NCBI GenBank assembly: GCA_041688005.1
Contig: JBDNJA010000210.1
Coordinates: 151-64,150 of the forward strand
DNA: 64,000 nucleotides
Direction of reading: 5' to 3'
Origin: Gammaproteobacteria bacterium
GTDB taxonomy: Bacteria > Pseudomonadota > Gammaproteobacteria > GCA-001735895
This document shows, in pieces, positions 62,217-64,000 of the stretch; position 1 is the stretch's first letter; the number at the start of each line of letters is the position of its first letter. The notes beneath the pieces were generated by a model. The model worked only from the letters and a program-made list of their open reading frames with translations. It searched no databases and had not been told where the DNA came from. Both the position numbers and the translations under genes were made by a program.

Positions 62217-62592
62217 TTAAACAAGGGCTCCCAGAACATAAGCGGACGCGATGCTCGAACCACCCGTGATTGCCTCGAGCATGCCCTTCCTGTCGCCGTG
62301 ATCGGCCGTTGATAGGCGGTGCGACAGGTACGGGTAATCTCAAAGCACTATGGCACTATGGCATTTTGTATCAGTACTTTACAGGCCGTTGCAATCTCCT
62401 GTTCTTCTTTGGTACCCACCTGAAATTCCTGGCTGTTCGCAAAGAAAACTGCTTTAGAGAATTGATTGAGTATTATCACAATCGACTCTCCAATAAACAT
62501 TCGGCTAGCCTATTTCGAAGGTCAGGTATATCAAATAAGCGATGTATGGGAATATTAAGACCTGTTAATAATCCAGTCAGATCAAGTCTGAG
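62217..62592 (-). pseudogene. Tn3-family transposase 3' remnant
   Basis: ..LNQFSKAVFFANSQEFQVGTKEEQEIATACKVLIQNAIV.. followed by L*DYPYLSHRL...MLEAITGGS. It is disrupted by an 8-bp tandem duplication (GCACTATG twice, 62345-62360) and a TGA where Trp is expected. Its 5' part is cut off at about 62597. Confidence 0.7.
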
Positions 62593-62689
62593 TTAGCCAT
62601 GTTACCGCCGGAGCAAACCCGCAGTTAAATGCCGCAGAATAATGACCGATAAAAATCTGCTTCTTGAGCCTGTAGTTGCCTATCCATAC

Positions 62690-62875
62690 TTAAAATGGAA
62701 TGTCATCAAAAAACGTTTTTTCTCTCTCCTTTTGTTCCGCCCAGATCGCTCTATGCATTTGCTCAATGTCATCACCATATTCCTCCCAAATTGCAGATTG
62801 AAGCACACCAAGTAACTGATAAACACAATCAGCCTCTTCCACCGTCCAGTGCGTTGTTATTTTGAGAGTCTTCAC
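62690..62875 (-). CDS. Small ORF coupled to istB, ending in an SSB-tip-like FFDDIPF
   Basis: 61 aa. The GTG start overlaps the istB stop (GTGA). I verified the last codons from the DNA: ..AAA ACG TTT TTT GAT GAC ATT CCA TTT TAA. Confidence 0.5.
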   Translation of the reverse strand: MKTLKITTHWTVEEADCVYQLLGVLQSAIWEEYGDDIEQMHRAIWAEQKEREKTFFDDIPF

Positions 62876-63648
62876 TTGGACTTCTCTTTTTTATTTGAAC
62901 GCCGTTTTGCTGCCTGCTCTTGTGCTTCTTTCATCCGATACGAGTCGCCTTCAATGGCGATAATTTGACTGTGATGCACTAGTCGATCTATCAGTGAGAC
63001 AACACAGGCGGCATTGGGAAAGACTTCATTCCATTCTGCAAAGGGGCGATTGGTAGTGACGACGGTCGAGCTCTGCTCGTATCGTCGGTTGATGATTTCA
63101 AATAGCAAATCCGCATGGCGGTTGCTGTAAGAAAGGTAACCGATTTCATCAATCACCAGTAATACTGGCCTGGTATAATGCTGTAGTCTCCGTCGGAGGG
63201 CGTTATCACCATCCTGAGCGGCTAAGTCATTGAGCATGTTGGCGGCAGTAGTGAAGATGACGGTATGTCCCTGCATGACCGCTTGATAACCGATATTTTG
63301 AGCTACCGTCGATTTACCGACACCGTTACTGCCGATGAGAATGATATTATTGGCATCGGCTAGAAAACCCAATTGCATGGCTGTGTGGATAGCGGGTTGG
63401 TCAACCTTGCTTGGCCATTGCCAGTCAAACTCATTCAAGGGTTTAAATCGTCCGAGCTTGGCCTGATTCAGTCGTCGCTCCAATGAACGCTGTTGGCGTT
63501 CATTGCGTTCCCAGTTGAATAGTTTTGATATCAAAGGGTATTGCGATTCGGTGAGTTCGTGCCAATGCTGTTGCAAGCCATAGAGCTTCAACTCGACCGC
63601 CTGTTGTCTGAGTAGCTCGCCATCGATCTGGGTGTTGGTCTCATTCAT
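62872..63648 (-). CDS. istB: IS21-family helper ATPase IstB
   Basis: 258 aa with Walker A GSNGVGKST, Walker B LLVIDEIGY, and DnaC-like features. Confidence 0.92.
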   Translation of the reverse strand: MNETNTQIDGELLRQQAVELKLYGLQQHWHELTESQYPLISKLFNWERNERQQRSLERRLNQAKLGRFKPLNEFDWQWPSKVDQPAIHTAMQLGFLADANNIILIGSNGVGKSTVAQNIGYQAVMQGHTVIFTTAANMLNDLAAQDGDNALRRRLQHYTRPVLLVIDEIGYLSYSNRHADLLFEIINRRYEQSSTVVTTNRPFAEWNEVFPNAACVVSLIDRLVHHSQIIAIEGDSYRMKEAQEQAAKRRSNKKEKSK

Positions 63649-64000
63649 AATCTTGTCCTGATGTGCTCTGATACAGTTGGTCGTAGTCTGCGACGTTGGC
63701 GGCTTTCACCGTAACGTGTTTGACTTGGTCTGGCAGAGCGATTGGGATCGGCGGCGGTTTTTGGTTTTCTTCCCGTGTGCGTTCAAGGATTTGTAGCACC
63801 GCTTGTGGATAGGGCGATTGGCTTTTGAGTGCTTCTTCTACAGCGCAATGCAGGGCATTTCGGCCATATCGATCGAGATACTCATTGAGTAATCTCACGG
63901 TGGTGTTTAGCACGTGCCCACGGTCGATTGATTGCTGTAGCAGGTTTGGAATATGCTTTGATGCCTGACTGAGTCGATCCTGGCCTCGGTGTAATTTGGC
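63641..64000 (-). CDS. istA: IS21-family transposase IstA (C-terminal part; 5' end outside window)
   Basis: The frame is open to position 64000 (..AKLHRGQDRLSQASKHIPNLLQQSIDRGHVLNTTVRLLNEY..). It overlaps the istB start by 8 nt, as is typical for IS21. Confidence 0.8.
   Translation of the reverse strand, partial: AKLHRGQDRLSQASKHIPNLLQQSIDRGHVLNTTVRLLNEYLDRYGRNALHCAVEEALKSQSPYPQAVLQILERTREENQKPPPIPIALPDQVKHVTVKAANVADYDQLYQSTSGQDYE

Larger units (their letters stand above)
62600..64000 (-). mobile_element. IS21-family insertion sequence (partial; continues beyond window end)
   Basis: istA (partial), istB and a small third ORF sit on the minus strand. The left boundary is guessed at TGTTACC (62600), where Tn3-tnpA homology stops. 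The inverted repeat cannot be confirmed without the other end. Confidence 0.7.

Overview
This 64-kb chromosomal window looks gammaproteobacterial, judging from gene content and the order aroQ-accB-accC-prmA ... dusB-fis-purH-purD. I cannot name the species. No rRNA, tRNA or CRISPR array was recognised. The window falls into three zones.

(1) 1-8.0 kb is the end of a genomic island. It carries a Type I restriction-modification system (hsdR, an embedded dinJ-yafQ toxin-antitoxin pair, hsdM, and hsdS running off the window). It also carries a P4-type integrase with a single in-frame stop. The island abuts the groEL terminator and there is no tRNA at the junction.

(2) 8.2-32.8 kb is a conserved housekeeping block: groESL (sigma-32 promoter plus a CIRCE element), fxsA, a DsbD with a duplicated N-terminal domain, a TlpA-like thioredoxin, aroQ, accBC, prmA, a SulP transporter, dusB-fis, purHD, a CPA2 antiporter, a tandem-receiver regulator, an ABC-2 exporter, tatD and bpt. 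This block is interrupted at 25.4-27.1 kb by a repeat-rich, decayed patch.

(3) 32.8-64 kb is a mosaic accessory region. It holds transporters (SLC13, RND+MFP, VIT1, APC, DAACS), two K+ channels, katG, a patatin-like lipase and several Crp/Fnr paralogues. It also holds many decayed mobile-element remnants: an IS3-derived miniature element, three different Y1/HUH (COG1943/RayT-like) transposase pseudogenes, a Tn3 tnpA stump, and an IS21-family element at the right edge.

The observations most worth follow-up are:
- a third small ORF, translationally coupled to istB in the IS21 element, whose C-terminus mimics the SSB acidic tip (..FFDDIPF);
- a REP-like hairpin repeat family with compensatory stem changes at two loci, one touching a Y1-transposase remnant;
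- 311-bp direct repeats bracketing a 4.2-kb transporter/channel cassette;
- the alpha-alpha-beta-gamma DsbD architecture.

All functional calls rest on my reading of motifs in the translations. No database search was possible.
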